Below, in pieces: positions 16,021 to 28,565 of a stretch of DNA of 64,000 nucleotides. The first letter of the stretch is position 1; each line of letters begins with the position of its first letter. A program made the translations under genes and the position numbers. The notes beneath the pieces were generated by a model. It searched no databases and had not been told where the DNA came from. It saw only the letters and a program-made list of their open reading frames with translations. Source of the stretch: the human T2T-CHM13v2.0 reference genome, Homo sapiens; NCBI RefSeq assembly GCF_009914755.1, contig NC_060929.1; one strand, written 5' to 3'.

Positions 16021-18046
16021 GGTAGTATAATGATTTCAGAATATCCCATAACACTTTTTTATGAATGTAAAGGTAATACCTATTCATGTCAGAGCATTTA
16101 GAATACATAGAGAGTCTATAGATAACATTCTGAATTCTTATATTAGCAATATTTTTCTTGTCTTTTGCTACTATGTATCAGTTTTTTCTATTTTCTTCAT
16201 GCCAACAGTGTGTTGCTTCCAGCAGGCCTTCACTTCTTCTGATTTTCCACTTTTAATATCCTTCTTTGAACAGGAATATCAGATAGTCAAGATTTCTAGA
16301 ATTATGTAAAGATTTCAAAGCAAGTAGGTGTGAGGAAAAATTAAACTTCTCTGCTATAAACAAAAAGACCAAGTTTAAGTTTTAAGGTTTGAACTCATTT
16401 CTCCTCCTCTGACTTTGGGTTGGGAGATACTAAGCCAGTCTTAGAATACTTCCTGAAGAGAAGGCTGTGAAATAAAAGAGTTGGGGATCTTGAGATTGCT
16501 GAATTCTGGGTTCCTTCACACCCTTTAAGTACTAAGGCTTCTAAACCAGCAAAACAAAGGGTTATAAAGACAGAAACAAAAATTCTGTGAGTCATCTGAT
16601 GTGATAGTGAAACCTGCCACTTATATACGTCTATCACTTGGGTCATGTTTCTGTGTATTCTAGATATGGAGAAACAAAACATACATTGGTCAATGGTGCA
16701 ATGTAATGAATTGAGTACCCAGGTCACCTGCCTGTCTCCTGAAACTCCAGGTTAGCCTTTCTACTGACATAGGGATATATATTAGCCAGGTCAAGCTGGA
16801 AAGCCCAAGTGTTAAACCCATGCAGGTGCACTATGAAAAAAAGCTTGAAAAATTACAATGGATTATTGTTTAAACTTAATTTGCTGAAAATAAAGATGAG
16901 AACTCTTTACTGGAACAAATTAGCACATAAACTAGAAGATGGTATGCAGCTATTAATCAAGAAGGGGAAAATTTTTGAAAGGACAACCATACACAAAAGA
17001 CTTATCAATTCTGTCTTTATGTCACAATTCAGTTTGCAAAAGCTTCAATCATCTAACTGTCTCATGGATTATATTCCTCTAGTATGGTGATGTCATCACA
17101 TTACTAGGATTTAGAGAGTGAGTGATAGCAGGTACTCTAGATATCTCAGACTGACATTTATGTGCCAGAATTCAGAGTAAATTCAAGGAAAAGTCAAGGC
17201 CTGCAATCCTATGGCTGTTCCTATGTGTCCAGAAGTGACATATTTTACTGTACATTTTCTACTTCTACATGGTACAGAAGTATGTGGGACCCTGGGTTTT
17301 AGAAACAACATATGCCATATTCAAATATGCTGTTCAAAACTATTTTTCTGAATAGCCCGAAAGGCTGTTAACAAGGAGAATACCCTAGAGCAAGAGAAAG
17401 CTGTCTGGCATAAATAGCTTTGCTAGTTGTTCTTTATGACCACGAAGGTTCAATTGCACTTAGTCTCTGAGGCAGATTGGAATACCAGGGAGCATACTGC
17501 AAAACTGGATAGGGAATCACAACAGTGACACCTGGGTTCTGAAACAAAGCTATGCTCTTTTCAGTGAGCCTTTTATAATAAAAAATAACTGCTTGCTGCT
17601 GATAGTCCTCTAGAGATCAGAAACATGAGCACAGGACATGAGTAAACAGTAGCCTCTGATCTGTACTGCTCATCATGACCTTGGTGTTATCTGATGCATC
17701 AACTCATAAAACTTGGAATGCCCAACAGTTTCTCTTTACCAAGTAGAAGTAATATATGCAAGATTCGGCTTGAGAAGGTCATAAAAACACAAGAATTTTA
17801 CATGAGCAGATGGATCCATTTCCCAATGTGCCTGCCACATAAGCCATATTTCCTAAATCCACACATAGGGCCTTAGAGAAAATTCTCTATGGCTGGGGAG
17901 AAAATCATTCAAGCCTTGTTTGCAGATGGCACTTTATTAAATGTTGGTATGAGTGGCAAGTGTATTGCTATAGTCATTATAGCCCCACTTGTGAGTAGCC
18001 TTGGATGATATTGAAAAACGGAGAAATTCCATTGAACAGAACTTAT

Positions 18047-18570
18047 TTTTAAATCAACTTTATTAAGTATAATTCACATACAATAAATTCCACAGTTTAA
18101 TTAAGTGTACAGTTTGATGAGTTCTGGTTACTGCACGTCTGCGTAGACCAGTACTTCTTTGCAGTCCCTGTCCCCACACCCACTCCCACTATAGAGAACC
18201 ACTGATGTGATTTTTAGCACTTTAGTTTTGCCTGTTCTAGTAGTTTAAATAAATGAAATCATACAGTATATATTTTTTGCCTGTTTTATTCTGTTCAACA
18301 CAAAATCTGTGTAGTTTGTTCATGTTGACACATAAATCAGCAGTTTATTTGTGATGCTTGGTAGCATTTGATGGTTTATTTACATCATAACTTATCTATT
18401 CACATATTAATTGTTTCCATTTTGGAGTTATTAAGAATAAAACCACCCAGAATGCATATGTACAAATCCTTTATCAATATGTGCTTTTATATGCCTTCAG
18501 CAAATTCTTAGAAGTAAATTGTCAGGCCATACTTTAAGCGTATGTTTAATGTAGTGAGAAATGAGCGGGC
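18047..18570 (-). mobile_element. L1M 3' end fragment
   Basis: tttattaagtataattcacatacaataaa...aagtgtacagtttgatgagtt...gttttgcctgttctag...atgaaatcatacagtat. Confidence 0.75.
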
Positions 18571-19371
18571 TGATCTTGAGTGTAGACTTTTTGGCCGACT
18601 TTGCCTGAAAAGAGATGTGACCTGAGGCAGAGATCTACAACAATACACGGATGTGGCTAATACTTTGCCTAAAAATAGCCAAGCATTTGTGAAAAACAGA
18701 AAAGAAATTGATTAAAGGAGAGTTGGAGAAGTATGTGAAATAGCCTAAGGTGCAAGAATATTGTTCTCACTGGTTGATGACTCACCACAAGGCTCTCACT
18801 AAAGAGGACACTCCCAGTGAACAGGCAGCTATAAGGTTGGCTCTTCATACAGCTATACCGGAGCTTGATAAATACATTCAAAACAATGTAGCCATGTTGG
18901 CAAGTCAGAGGTTATGCAGAAATTGAGCCCTCAAGCCTTCCTTCAATAAACTTCATCTGGCTAAAGTGTGTCTCATATGCCAGGAACAGAGAACAATGCT
19001 GAGCCTTGGGATACTGTCCAGTGTTTCAGGTAACCAGTCAACTACTGGACCCTTTCCATTATAAAGGAGTAGCAGTTTTTCCCATTGGAGACTCTCCTTA
19101 TTGTGATTAGTAATCATGAATTGATTAGGTGGTATTTTTTAAATATTATGATTTTAACAAAAAACTCAGCCGTTTTATTCTGAAAGAAATAAGGCAATCA
19201 GGTGGAACTTACGATATTTAATGATCCTTGCATGCAGAACATCATTCAGAAGCTGGAAGGAAATATCTCACAGATTTGGGGTATAGTCCTACACAGTGCT
19301 AAATATGCTCTGAACCAATGACCAATGTATGCGTCTTATCCCACATCCAGAATACAAAGAACGCTGATTTT

Positions 19372-20112
19372 TATAGGCTGAATTTTTTTCTTCCCATCCC
19401 CATAAAATGTATATGTTGATGTCCTAACACTCAATGCCTTGGAATCTGACTGTGTTTGGAGACGGGGCCTTTAAATCAGTAAATTAAAATGAAATCATTA
19501 AGAATGGGCCCTGCTATGATTTGAATATTTTTGTCCTCCAAAATTTATATTCTGAAATCCTAAACTCCGAAGTGATGGCATTAGGAAGTGGTGCTTTGGG
19601 GAGATGATTAGGTCATAAGAGTGAAACCCACACAAGTGCCCTTCTAAAAAGAGATCCCAAAAAGCTGTCTTGCCCTTTCCACCATGTAAGAACACAACTA
19701 GAAGGTGCCATCTGTGAACCAGAAAGCAGGTCCTCACCAGACATCAAGCTTGCTGGTGCCTTGGTCTTAGACATCCCAGCCTCCACAACTGTGAAAAATA
19801 AATTTCTGTTTTATAAAAGCTACCTAGTCTACGGTATTTTATTGTAGCAGCCTGAAGGGACTAAGGCCCTAATTCAATATGACTGGTGTCCTTAGAAGAG
19901 ATTAGGACACAGATGCACACGGAGGGAAGACCATGTGCATCACTAGAAGGAGGCATCTGCAAGCCAAGGAGTCAGGCCTCAGAAGAAACCAACCCTGCCG
20001 ACGCCTGATCTCACTTGAGATCAGTCTTGAGAATTGTGAGAAAATAAGTTTCTGTTGTTTGAACCACCTAATGTGTGGTACTTTGTTATGTCAGCTCTAA
20101 CAAACTAATACA
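19372..20112 (+). mobile_element. MLT1B-like LTR containing a nested MLT1A0
   Basis: atatgttgatgtcctaac...ggccc | ggccctaattcaatatgactggtgtcctta...caaactaataca. Confidence 0.8.
19512..19864 (+). mobile_element. MLT1A0-like LTR nested in MLT1B
   Basis: tgctatgatttgaat...cagcctgaagggactaa with TSD ggccc on both sides. Confidence 0.85.
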
Positions 20113-21066
20113 ATGACTCAAGTAGTAAAAGTCACACATCTCACAATTTCATTTAATGACTAACAGATTTTTTCTTTCTGTCTCTGTGACTCTTGGCTCT
20201 GCTGGTTTATAAGCTTTGCTACCCAAGGGTTACTAAGGAAACCAGGGTGCAACCATCTCAGGCTCTTGTTCTTCCACAATATGGCATAAATTCTCCCTTC
20301 CTAGAGGGTCATCTCTCAGAAGAGTTTGGAGGAGGACAAAAGACTGAGAAATCTAAGAAAATGGGCATTTTTAAAAGAATGGAATTACCAAAGGTATTAA
20401 ATTATTAGATCTAAGGTTTTAACAGATTCAACATTAAGTTACATTTATTTTCCTGCTCAGCAGGTGGAAGCTACTGAGGAAGATCAACCATCAATACATA
20501 AAATAGAAATTTGTATTTTCTCTGCACACATAACTTGTAATCTGAATATTTTGCATCCCTTATTACAATAGTATTCATAGGAGTACATTTAGGAAATGCT
20601 GACTTCTGTTCAATTGAGACCATTGTTAACAAAGCAAGCAGAGGAACCCCTGCAAAGATACATAAATTCTTAACCCACAGTAATCAATTATCAAATACAA
20701 TAAAACATATGTTCAACGACCATTTACCCAAACTTAAAAACCAATCATACCACTAGAAAAAATTAGAAACTAAACAAAAACACTCATATTTTTTCTATCA
20801 CACCATATTATACCATATATAAAATACTTTTATTTTCTGGGTGTTTCATAACTAATTTGATCAATTCTCTATTATTCAAATGTTAGCTTATTTCCAGTTT
20901 TCAAAGTTATAAACAATGTTACCTTATGTTCTAGGGCATGATTATTTTGTATATATCTGATTTTTTCCTTAGGCAAAATTCTAGAATATGTTAGGTTTCT
21001 TAAAGAATTTGAATATTCTTAAGACTTTTGGCCTGTCTTCAAAAATATTATAATACTGTATAATTC

Positions 21067-21468
21067 TCAGACAGCCAAATGCCTAGGCAGTTAAAAAGGG
21101 GTCCATGGAGAATCTCCAACCCGCCCACCAGTGTTTACATTGGATGCTTTCGTACATGCTCCCCTCCCTGCCCAGGGCCTTGTCTGAGCATGCCCACATA
21201 CACACTGAAAGAATGGGGTGGAACCACGGGCAGGGAGGGGAGAAGCCTGCCTCTTCAATTCCTGTGTGGTAGCACAGGATTCAATCTGTGAGGTGGGGGG
21301 CCTGCTAGCAGGACTCCATCTCACTTTGCTACGTTTTTTTCTTTTTTTCCCTTTTCTCCAAGTAAAATCCTGCTCTACTCACCTTCAATGTGTCCACGTG
21401 CCTACATTTTCCTGGTCTTGTGACAGGAACCCAGTTTTAGCTGAACTAAGGAGCAAAATTCTGCAAAA
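21067..21468 (+). mobile_element. ERV1 solo LTR (MER61/LTR20 group)
   Basis: agacagccaaatgcctaggcag...ttagctgaactaaggagcaaaattctgca with a 4-bp TSD attc. Confidence 0.75.
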
Positions 21469-22744
21469 ATTCCACCTGGCATATATAACAGTGGTCATTT
21501 GTTCACTCCCTCATGAATATTTTATTTTTCATTTTTATAATTTGGTGGAAGAAAAGCTACATTGTTATTTCACTTTGTATTTCCTTTGTTATTACATACA
21601 TTACATTTTCACATGTGTAAGCTGACCATTGTTATCTCTTTAGCAGTTTGAAACACTAGACTTTAATTGAACTGGCCTAGGTCTAGTTACAATGACAAAG
21701 TCACCAGAGAATTCATAATAATGACAAATATCATCCCTTTCAAATAATTGAGCATGTAATGTGAGATTTGCCATATAACTAGTGTACTAACATGTGTGGG
21801 CTAAGAACAGGTTATCTACATGACAACAACAAAAATATACTGAAGTGTTAGTCCGATGCTTAAAGATAACTGAGCTTTCTTGTTTTTTTTTAACTGCCAA
21901 GCCTGACCTCTTTAAAATGGAAAATCAAATATGGCATTCTTAACTGGGATATTTTTCTTTGTTCATGTTAGTTAACCATAGTACTCAAATCAATATCAAT
22001 TTTGTATATGAAAAGCAAATGCACAACTTAAAAAGAAAGTTCCATTTTAATTTCTCAGAAAAAAAGTTTAAAAAAAATCTTTATTCTAAGACTTTAAATT
22101 TTCAGTAGTTAATCTGAGATGCAGACAGAATTTGATTCCCATGTCAAAAACAATTAAAATAGAAAACAAATCTTTCCATTTTTTTCATAATACAGGTGGT
22201 CATTTTAATCATTTATGTATTTTCCTGACATTGGTTCAGTCTTTGGTCACATAATTCAAGTCTACAAAACCTTTGGTTAGCTTGAATTGCATTTAAATAT
22301 CACAAAGCTGGTTGCTAAGCTCTTCATTCTAGGGTAGAAACCCTCACATATATTCATAGTTTTTTATATACCTGTGTTTGTTTTCAAACCAGTTTTTGTT
22401 TTAATCAAATAAGGTATGATTTGGGACAAGTAGGCTCCAAACTACCAAAGTAGCATGTATATGAATTTATACTCACCATACTGTAACTCTACAAAGATTC
22501 ACAAACATTCCCAGTTAGAAACTTTTTATTGAGAGCAGATCAATAAGAACATTGCTGAGTTTAGCCATGCAAATAATTATGAAATTTAACTACATAACAA
22601 CCATTAATTTGAAATGTAGACAGATTTAGAGAACCTAGTTTGTATTACAAATCCCAGTAAACTATGTAAAGAGATTCACAATGTAAACAGCACAAATAGC
22701 AACACTAAGTTCCTGAAAATTTGAATCCTGTTAATTCAACTGCA

Positions 22745-22775
22745 GGGGGCGGGGTGTGGAGTGGGGTGGGGGTGG
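22745..22775 (+). other. G-run tract with G-quadruplex potential
   Basis: gggggcggggtgtggagtggggtgggggtgg has four runs of at least 4 G in an AT-rich context. Confidence 0.55.
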
Positions 22776-23639
22776 TAAGCCAATCTGTTTAACCTGGAAA
22801 ACATCATCAATGGGAAGCTCCTTGGATATTTTTACTCAAACAAGAGGTTAGAGTGAAAAGACATGGGGTTTGAGATGAAGAACATGATTGGTTTAGGCTA
22901 ATCAGAATGTATTCCTGAGTTACACTGGGATGAAGTGAACACTGGAAATAGTGAACTAAGGTAGGTAGTATTAGAAGTATACAAAAACTAAATCAATTTG
23001 GCCTCCTGATCAAGTGTCAGATCCCAAAGCCCATCTACTTTCTAATGTGCATTGTTTCTAATTTCCTTGTGTGTCCTTATGCTATGGCTTGAGGCAGGGA
23101 AAAGTTCACAAATTGCCTCTGGCCTGAGAATACGTTTTCATATTTCCAAAGGTTATTCCAAGCTGTCTTGTGGGCAGAATGCACCATCCACTCCTTGAGG
23201 AGTCTGAACTCAGGTTCTAGAGAATTTGGAAATATTATTCTTCATATGTCTCCCTTTCTCAAAACTAAGAAGTAAAAATTTGTCAAAGGAGGGCTAGACA
23301 CATGAGGTAATCTCACAGTTTCAAAATTTAGAGCTCCTTTAATCATTTTTAAGATGGTTTTGCTAGTATTAACTTTCTTGTTGCTCATAACATTAACTTT
23401 AATATAAACGCTTGGTTTTTTTGACTAGAAAAATAAATGATCAATTTGGGAAATTTGTAAAAGTTCTCTTAACTGGTATCCATTTAACAGACTGGCTAGA
23501 TCAACACTCTATTTTTTTCTGTAAAACATACAGAAATAAATGCCCAGGGGATACTGAATTTGCTTACGGCTGGCAAGCCTATCTGGCAATATTTGCAATA
23601 TCTCCTCCCATAGGTTGATTTGTATGCCAGAATGGTTAC

Positions 23640-24130
23640 CAGAATAAGGTTATTTATTCACAAACTCATTTATGCCAGTTGTACCTATTACTGTGTTTAT
23701 GAAGTGTAATTAAATGTCATATAAACCCAGAAAATATGCATATGAAAAGAAAGCTATTGAGCCTATAAAAATAATTTGAGTTCTTTGGAAAGACTTGATA
23801 AAAAGTAATTAAAATTTGCTGTTTAATTAGGTGTGGACATAATACATTTTTTAAAAATTATAATAATCTGTACTCAGATCATTCCTAAACCTCTTTAAAT
23901 CCTTGCTAAAGAAGCCAAAAAGGAGTAGTTTATAAAAGAAAAAGAAATGTGAACTCCAATTAGCAGGATAGTACTCAAAAAAAGAAAAGGCCTGTGTTCT
24001 TAAAGAAAACAAATGAATATTTAGCGCAAAATTTTAAAATATTTAGGATATATATGCACTTTACTTTTGATTCTCTGCTTTGACAGAGTTTAAATTAACT
24101 GATCAACTGCCTATCTTAATTGCTTAATAA
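23640..24130 (+). mobile_element. Ancient Tigger-type DNA transposon remnant
   Basis: atgaaaagaaag...ctttggaaagacttgataaa...aattaggtgtgg...aactccaattagcagga...actcaaa resembles the HTH region of a Tigger transposase. Confidence 0.55.
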
Positions 24131-24554
24131 TATGCATAATCCTACCAGCATCAATGTTAATCCTGATTGCTACGTTGCAGCATATCTACTCTAGGTCTTT
24201 TCCTTACATCCGTTTTACATGGTTTAGGATTAGAGCATAATATACACACAAATTTGTAACTCCCTTTTTTATTGACAGTATATTAGCATTTCCCCATATA
24301 TAATCACATTCTCTTTTCCAATTGACTTTTAGTTTTATAGTGTCCTATTTTTATAATAGAATATTACATATATAGCAAAAATGCACAGCTCAATGGCTTT
24401 TGCTATTTCATATATCTACATGCCAAAAAGTTAAATCAAAATATAAAACATAACTATCAACCACAGAAATTTCCCTCATGCCCCTTTCCAGTTAATCACC
24501 ACCACTACTACTTCACAGGCATCAACTTTCTGATTTTTCTTACCATAGTATACT

Positions 24555-26708
24555 CGATATGGTTTGCCTGTGTCCCTACCCAAATCTCAACTTTGTGTCT
24601 CCCAGAATTCCTATGTGTTGAATTGTATCTCCTAGAACTCCCATGTGTTGTGGGAGGGACCCAGGGGGTGGTAGCTGAATCATGGGGGCCGGTCTTTCCC
24701 ATGCTATTCTTGTGCTGGTGAATTAAGTCTCATGACATCGATGGGTTTATCAGGGATTTCCACTTTTGCTTCTTCCTCATTTTTCTCTTGCCACTACCAT
24801 GTATGAAGTGCCTTTCACCTCCTGCCATGATTCTGAGGACTTCCCAGTCATGTGGAACTGTAAGTCCAATTAAACCTCTCTTTCTTCCATCTTGGTTATG
24901 TCATTATCAGCAGCATGAAAATGGACTAATACGGTAAATTGGTACCAGGAGAGGGGGGTATTACTAAAAAGTCACCTGAAAATGTGGAAACAACTTTGGA
25001 ACTGGGTAACAGGCAGAGGTTGAAACAGTTTGGAGGGCTCAGAAAAAGACAGGAAAATGTGGGAAAGTTTGGAACTTCCTAGAGACTTGCTGAATGGCTT
25101 TGCCTAAAATGCTGATAGCGATACAGACAATAAGGTCCATGTTGAGGTAATCTCAGACGGAGATGAGAAACTTGTTGGGAACTAGAGTAAAGGTGACTCT
25201 TGTTATGTTTTAGCAAAGAGACTGGAGGCATTTGGCCCCCCTCCCTAGAGATTTGTGGAACTCTGAACTTGAGAGACATGATTTAGGGTATCCAAAGGAA
25301 GAAATTTCTAAGCAGAAAAGCATTCAAGAGGTTACTTGGGTGCTGTTGAAGGCATTCAGTTGTATAAGGGAAGCAGATCATACAAGTTTGGAAAATTTGT
25401 AGCCTGACCATGTGATAGAAAAGAAAAACCCATTTTCTGGGGGGAAATTCAAGCCAGCTACAGAAATTTGTATAAGTAGCAAGGAGCCTAATGTGAATCC
25501 CCAAGACCACGGGGAAAGCATCTCCAGGCCAAGTCAGAGACCTTCACGGCAGCCCCTCCCATCACAGGCCTGGAGGCCTATGAGGAAAAAGTGGTTTCAT
25601 TGGCTGGGCCCAGGGTCCTCATGCTGTGTGCAGCCTAGGGACTTGGTTCCCTATGTAACAGCCACACCAAGGGTGTGGCTGAAAGGGGCCAATGTACAGC
25701 TTGGACTATGGCTTCAGAGGATGGAAACCCCAAGCCTTGGCAGCTTCCATGTAGTGCTGAGCCTGCGGATGCAGAGAAGTCAAGAATTGAGGTTTGGGAA
25801 CCTCTGCTTAGACTTTAGAAGATGTATGGAAACTCCTGTATGCTCAGGCAAAAGTTTGCTGCAGGGACGGGGCCCTCATGGAGAACCTCTGCTAGAGCAG
25901 TGCAGAAGGGAAACGTGGGGTCGGAGCCCTCACACAGAGTCCCTACAGGACACTGCCTAGTGGTGCTGTGAGAAGAGGGCCACCATCCTCCAGATGCCAG
26001 AATGGTAGATCCACCACCAGACCGTGCACCTGGAAACACTGCAGACACTCAATGCCAGCCCATGAAAGCGGCCAGGAGGGAGGCTGTACCCTGCAAAGCC
26101 ACAGGGGTGGAGCTGCCCGAGACCGTGGGAACCCATCTCTTGCATCAGCATGACCTGGATGTGAGACCTGGAATCAAAGGAGATCATTTTGGAACTTTAA
26201 GATTTGACTGCCCTGCTGGATTTCAGATTTGCATGGGCCCTGTATCCTCTTTGTTTTGGCCAATTTCTCCCATTTGAAGTGGCTGTATTTATCCAATATC
26301 TCTATCCCCACAGTAGATAGGGAATAACTAGCTTGCTTTTGATTTTACAAGCTTATAGGTGGAAGGGTCTTGCCTTGTCTCAGATGAGACTTTGGACTGC
26401 AGACTTTTGGGTTAATGCTGAAATGAGTCAAGACTTTGGGGAACTGTTGAGAAGACATGATTGGTTTTTGAAATGTGAGGACATGAGATTTGGAGGGGCC
26501 AGGGGTGGAATTATATGGTTTGGCTGTGTCCCCAACCAAATCTCCAACTTGGGTTGTATCTCCCAGAATTCTCACGTGTTGTGGGAGGGACCTGGGGTCG
26601 GGGCAGGGGGTAACTGAATCATGGGTGCTGGTATTTCCCATGCTATTCTCATGATAGTGAATAAGTCTCACAAGATCTGATAGGTTTATCAGGGGTTTCT
26701 GCTTTTGC
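24555..26708 (+). mobile_element. THE1A MaLR provirus: 5'LTR 24555-24933, internal region 24934-26510, truncated 3'LTR 26511-26708
   Basis: LTR gatatggtttg...aaatggactaatac. The internal region starts gtaaattggtacca and ends ggggccaggggtggaa. The THE1A-type atgggtttatcaggg segment is present. Confidence 0.92.
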
Positions 26709-27057
26709 CTGGAACTTATTGTCCATATCACTATCAGCATTTTTTGGGCAAAGCCATTCAATAAGTCTCTAGGAAGTTCCAAACTTTCCCACATTTTCCT
26801 CTTTTATTTGTGAGCCCTCCAGACTGTCGCAACCTTTGCCTGTTACCCAGTTCCAAAGTTGCTTCCACATTTTCAGGGATCTTTTCAGCAACACCCCACT
26901 CCCCTGGTACCAATTTATTGTATTAGTCCATTTTCATGCTGCTGATAAAGACATACCCAAGACTGGGAAGAAAAAGAGGTTTAATTGGACTTACAGTTCC
27001 ACATAGCAGGGGAGGCCTCAGAATCATGACAGGAGGCAAAAGGCACATCTTACATGG
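26709..27057 (-). mobile_element. Inverted THE1A piece (LTR 3' part plus first ~210 bp of the internal region)
   Basis: Reverse complement aligns to about 24797-25143. Confidence 0.9.
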
Positions 27058-27339
27058 GCACAGGAGAAAAAAAGACAAGAGAAAGTATCAGAAATAGTGG
27101 TCATGTCAGGTATAGAACTAGAACAATGAGCAAAAACAATAAGTAAATACCTGATAAGAACCAGAAGTCTGAAGTTTCTAATATTCCACATGTGTGTTGA
27201 TGAAAGACTATTTCAGATGCTGGCTGTCCTCTACCTTCTAATTGTAACTAGCTTAAACAGACACTCTTGGACATAATAAAACCTCAAGAGAGGTGACTTA
27301 TCACATTATTTACTTTCTATTCCTATAAACAGATAATTC

Positions 27340-28565
27340 TTTTCTTAAATGTATATATTTCAAATCTATCCAATTTTCTCCATTTCTACTGCTGCCATCA
27401 GTCTTCAGCACATCCTCTCTCACCCAAAATACTACAATAACCTCCCAGCTGGTCTATTTCTTCTGTTGCCCCAATCCAATTAATTCCGTACATATTTGCA
27501 CAAGTGGTCTAAAGATATTATTCAGATCATGTCACGCCCCTACTTGAAGTCCTTCCAAGACTTCCCATTGTACTTAGAATAAACTTCAAGTTCCTATTGT
27601 CACCTCTAAAGTGTGGAAATAAAGACCAACGATATGAGAAAAGCAAAGTCTATATAGAGTTTGCTATAGCAAGGAAGTCAACTCTATTATTTGCATTTTG
27701 GCAGAGCCTCAAAGGAAGCCAAGGCAAGAAAACTTTACAGTAGGAAAAAGGGAAGGCTTCAGATGTGCCCTGATTGGCTGTTGGCATGGGGAAGTGGCAG
27801 GCAGCTAACTAGAAGTAGGCATTCTATGTGATTGGTTAGGGATGCATATTTGGCTTTCTCTGCTAGGTCCTAAGTTAGAAGTAGGGACACACACACACAC
27901 ACAAAGCTGACAGCTTTTATTAATCAAGCCCTGGCCATTTTGTGCCAATTGTTACGGAAGTTACTGTTTAGCCTCCTGGATTGTCATTAGAGATAGCAAT
28001 CTGGCTTCCTGCAAGTCTGATATACAGCAGGCTGGCTTCCTGGGTTGTTTATTATAGATAAGGGGCTGGTTTTCTGGGCTGGTTGCTGCAGGTTGTGGAC
28101 CAAAGTTCTGTTCTCATATATGGCCAGCCACTGTCCATTTGTATATTCAGTCTCTCAACAGCCTGTGTCATGAACTTTCTGCCCTCTGCTAAGGACTCAC
28201 CTCTGTATTCATAGATGCTACTAAGTCCTGCCTCTCAGCATTTGCATATGCTTCTGGCATCGCTAACCCCTCTTCAGTCTTTATGCCTCAGCTTAAATGT
28301 CATTTCTTTATGACATTTTCCTTTCCCAGATCACCATACTTAAAGTTGGTTTGCACCACTGCTACTTAGTAAATATTAACCCTTGTTTGTTTTCTTCATC
28401 CTGTTCACAATTTTGTGATTATTTGTATTTATGTTTCTACTCTATTTCATCTGTCTGCTCTACTGGACTGCAGATTTTTGGAGACAGGATATTTGCTATT
28501 ATATCTCCAGGACTAAAGGAGTGGCTAGCATAGAGTAGGCTTTCAACAAATTTGTTGAATGAATA
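27340..28565 (+). mobile_element. L2 3' portion, interrupted by an LTR
   Basis: tcagatcatgtcacgcccctacttgaagtccttcca...ttagaataaa and tagcatagagtaggctttcaacaaatttgttgaatgaat. Confidence 0.75.
27612..28157 (-). mobile_element. MER89-like ERV1 solo LTR
   Basis: Reverse complement begins tgagagactgaatatacaaatggaca. TG...CA ends and TSD aaag/acag. Confidence 0.7.

Larger units (their letters stand above)
17060..20260 (+). mobile_element. Highly decayed ERVL internal region (RT/RNaseH/integrase), interrupted by L1M and MLT1 LTRs
   Basis: Remnants such as gatgtcatcacattactagga...actctaga, gggttttagaaacaacatatgccatatt, agagcaagagaaagct and atatgccaggaacagagaacaatgctgagcc. Confidence 0.7.

Noticed and set aside
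25412-26277. 182-aa and neighbouring ORFs as novel proteins
   Set aside because: They lie entirely within the THE1A internal region.
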